Positions 62,249 to 64,000 of a stretch of DNA of 64,000 nucleotides are shown piece after piece (position 1 is the first letter of the stretch; each line of letters begins with the position of its first letter). Under the pieces are notes generated by a model. The model was not told the origin of the DNA and searched no databases. It worked only from the letters and a program-made list of their open reading frames with translations. The translations under genes were made by a program, and so were the position numbers. The DNA is from Clostridia bacterium (GTDB taxonomy: Bacteria; Bacillota; Clostridia; Oscillospirales; CAG-382), in assembly GCA_017466805.1 (NCBI GenBank), contig JAFTTN010000063.1:7156-71155 (forward strand). Direction: 5' to 3'.

Positions 62249-63586
62249 TTATACTATTAACAAGCCAAGCTTCATACCGTTGCTTGCCTTATACAGAACG
62301 GTATCGCCCTCTTTAACAAAGCTGTTAAGGAACTGCTTTAGCTTTTCCGCTTCTTCTTTTTTGAAGGAATAGGTTTCGATTCTTGCGGTTGAAGCAATAT
62401 ATTCGGCCTGCTCGCCATAGGTTACGAGAACATCGGCACAGCCGTTAAGATATTCGCCTACCCTTTTATGAAGGCTTGCCGATTCGTTGCCAAGCTCGAG
62501 CATATCGCCAAGCACGGCTATACGCCTTCCCTTTGCAGTTTTTAAAACCGAAAGTGCAGCCTCCATCGACTCGGGAGAAGCGTTATAGCAATCGGATATA
62601 ACCGTATGTCCATTGGTTTGATAGATATATTGGCGTTTGCCGTCGCTTTCGTAATTATTTAGCGCAGCAGCCGCTTTTCTTATATCTAAGCCCAGATGAT
62701 ACGCAACGGCAAGCGCAAACAACGAATTGATAACGAAATGCTTTCCGCGAACGCTCAAAGCAACTTCGACGGTTTCTCCATAAACGACGGCTTCGAAGCA
62801 TACGCCCTGTTCGGATTCGGAAATATTTGTTGCGTAGCAATCGTTTTCAGAATTTTCGTAGGAAACGAAGCACACCTTTTTGTTTTCGTAATTATATTCA
62901 CGCAGTAACGGTTCATCACCGTTTAACACCAATATCGAACCGTTTGGTGAGAAAGAAGCAATTTTAAGCTTTTCATTGCGAATTGCCTCACGCGAGCCGA
63001 GGTTTTCGATATGCGAGTATCCGATATTTGTTATAACCGAAATACGAGGCCGGGCAACCGAAGCAATACGCTCCATTTCGCCCTTTTCGGACATACCCAG
63101 CTCGAAAACCGCGCAATCGACGTCTGCCGGGGTAGCGAGAACGGTTTGCGGCAAGCCGATTTGGCTATTTGCATTGCCGAGCGTTTTATGAACGGACAAG
63201 CCCGAGCTTAACGCAAGTGCAACCATATCCTTGGTGGTAGTCTTCCCTACCGAGCCGGTGATGCCAACTACTTCGGTGCTTAAAAGCTTTGTTTCGCGGA
63301 AGTGCTTTGCAAGCTTTAGAAGTGCTGTTCTTACGTCTTTTACATAGATATAATCACCGCTAAGCGAAAGGCTTTCTTGGCTATCGGTCATAACAGCGCA
63401 GTCGTTTTTAAGCAGCTCCGGCACGAATTTATTCGCATCGACGTGTTCGCCGCGCAAAGCAAGAAACAGCTTTGATTTATCGGGAGTACGGCTATCGGTA
63501 AAAAAGCCTTCTATAATTCGTTCGGGGTCTGCGGTGCTTGAAAGAGCTCCGCAGACGTCCGCGATATACTTTAAAGTAAAATTCAT
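62249..63586 (-). CDS. murF: UDP-MurNAc-tripeptide--D-Ala-D-Ala ligase
   Basis: FTDSRTP...FLALRGEHVDANKF and GITGSVGKTTTKDM motifs. Confidence 0.85.
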   Translation of the reverse strand: MNFTLKYIADVCGALSSTADPERIIEGFFTDSRTPDKSKLFLALRGEHVDANKFVPELLKNDCAVMTDSQESLSLSGDYIYVKDVRTALLKLAKHFRETKLLSTEVVGITGSVGKTTTKDMVALALSSGLSVHKTLGNANSQIGLPQTVLATPADVDCAVFELGMSEKGEMERIASVARPRISVITNIGYSHIENLGSREAIRNEKLKIASFSPNGSILVLNGDEPLLREYNYENKKVCFVSYENSENDCYATNISESEQGVCFEAVVYGETVEVALSVRGKHFVINSLFALAVAYHLGLDIRKAAAALNNYESDGKRQYIYQTNGHTVISDCYNASPESMEAALSVLKTAKGRRIAVLGDMLELGNESASLHKRVGEYLNGCADVLVTYGEQAEYIASTARIETYSFKKEEAEKLKQFLNSFVKEGDTVLYKASNGMKLGLLIV

Positions 63587-64000
63587 TACTGTATTGCTTC
63601 CTCGTATAAGAATTCGAGTTCTATTACCGTACCGGGAAGTACGTATTCTCCTGCCGCAACCGACTGCGAAACAACCTTACAGTTGGTGTAATCGCCGTTG
63701 AATATACCCTTGACAGATACGTTGAGATTACTGTTGACAAGTGCCTTTATTGCAGCGGTGGGCGATTTGCCCATTACGTCGGGTACTTTTGCGTTGGCAG
63801 TAATTTCGGCGCCCTCGGTATAAAGAATCACCACGCCGTCCTTTGTGATAACGGTATCCTTTTCGGGAAGTTGATTTACAACCGTATCGCCTTCACCGCG
63901 AACGATGCATTTTATACCCGATGCTTCCAAAAGCTCTTTTGCACTTGCGGCGGTCTTGCCCGCATAGTCGGCAACCGTGAAGCTGTTTGCTTCTGCGGTA
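63586..64000 (-). CDS. penicillin-binding protein (FtsI/SpoVD type), C-terminal PASTA part; gene runs off the window end
   Basis: The frame stays open to position 64000. PASTA-like repeats (..VPDVMGKSPTAAIKAL...) in dcw context. Confidence 0.7.
   Translation of the reverse strand, partial: TAEANSFTVADYAGKTAASAKELLEASGIKCIVRGEGDTVVNQLPEKDTVITKDGVVILYTEGAEITANAKVPDVMGKSPTAAIKALVNSNLNVSVKGIFNGDYTNCKVVSQSVAAGEYVLPGTVIELEFLYEEAIQ

Overview
This 64-kb window looks like chromosomal DNA from a Firmicutes/Clostridia-type genome. That placement rests on near-consensus sigma-A promoters, GGAGG-type ribosome-binding sites (RBS), a type-A-like RNase P RNA and a sporulation-style dcw cluster; I cannot identify the organism. 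Most of the window is housekeeping. It holds a cobalamin-riboswitch-controlled ECF transporter module and a six-gene fatty-acid/lysolipid salvage operon that includes FakA and FakB. It also holds murD with three tandem M42 peptidases, and rnpB, prfB, htpG, an OmpR/HK two-component system with a PepSY lipoprotein, thyA-folA, phoH-ybeY-era-recO-mutS2, glyA, and a trimmed dcw cluster (PBP-murF-mraY-ftsW-murG-ftsQ-ftsZ). Two things stand out. (1) There are two paralogous, translationally coupled gene pairs, each an ECF-type sigma factor followed by a membrane-anchored serpin (11956-14218 on + and 20451-22351 on -). They are laid out like sigma/anti-sigma pairs, with an inhibitory-type serpin where the extracytoplasmic domain would be. 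(2) An ~8.5-kb AT-richer island (34080-42618) begins directly after the mutS2 stop codon. It is made only of minus-strand small genes from three recurrent paralog families plus singletons, interleaved with start-less RHS/YD-repeat stubs, a repeated hairpin junction element and an 81-nt repeat. It contains no full-length toxin and no mobility gene, so it looks like an orphan immunity-gene array. All functional calls come from reading motifs in the supplied translations and my own translation of unlisted frames. No database search was run. Where RBS or promoter context indicated a later start, I trimmed start codons relative to the ORF track.
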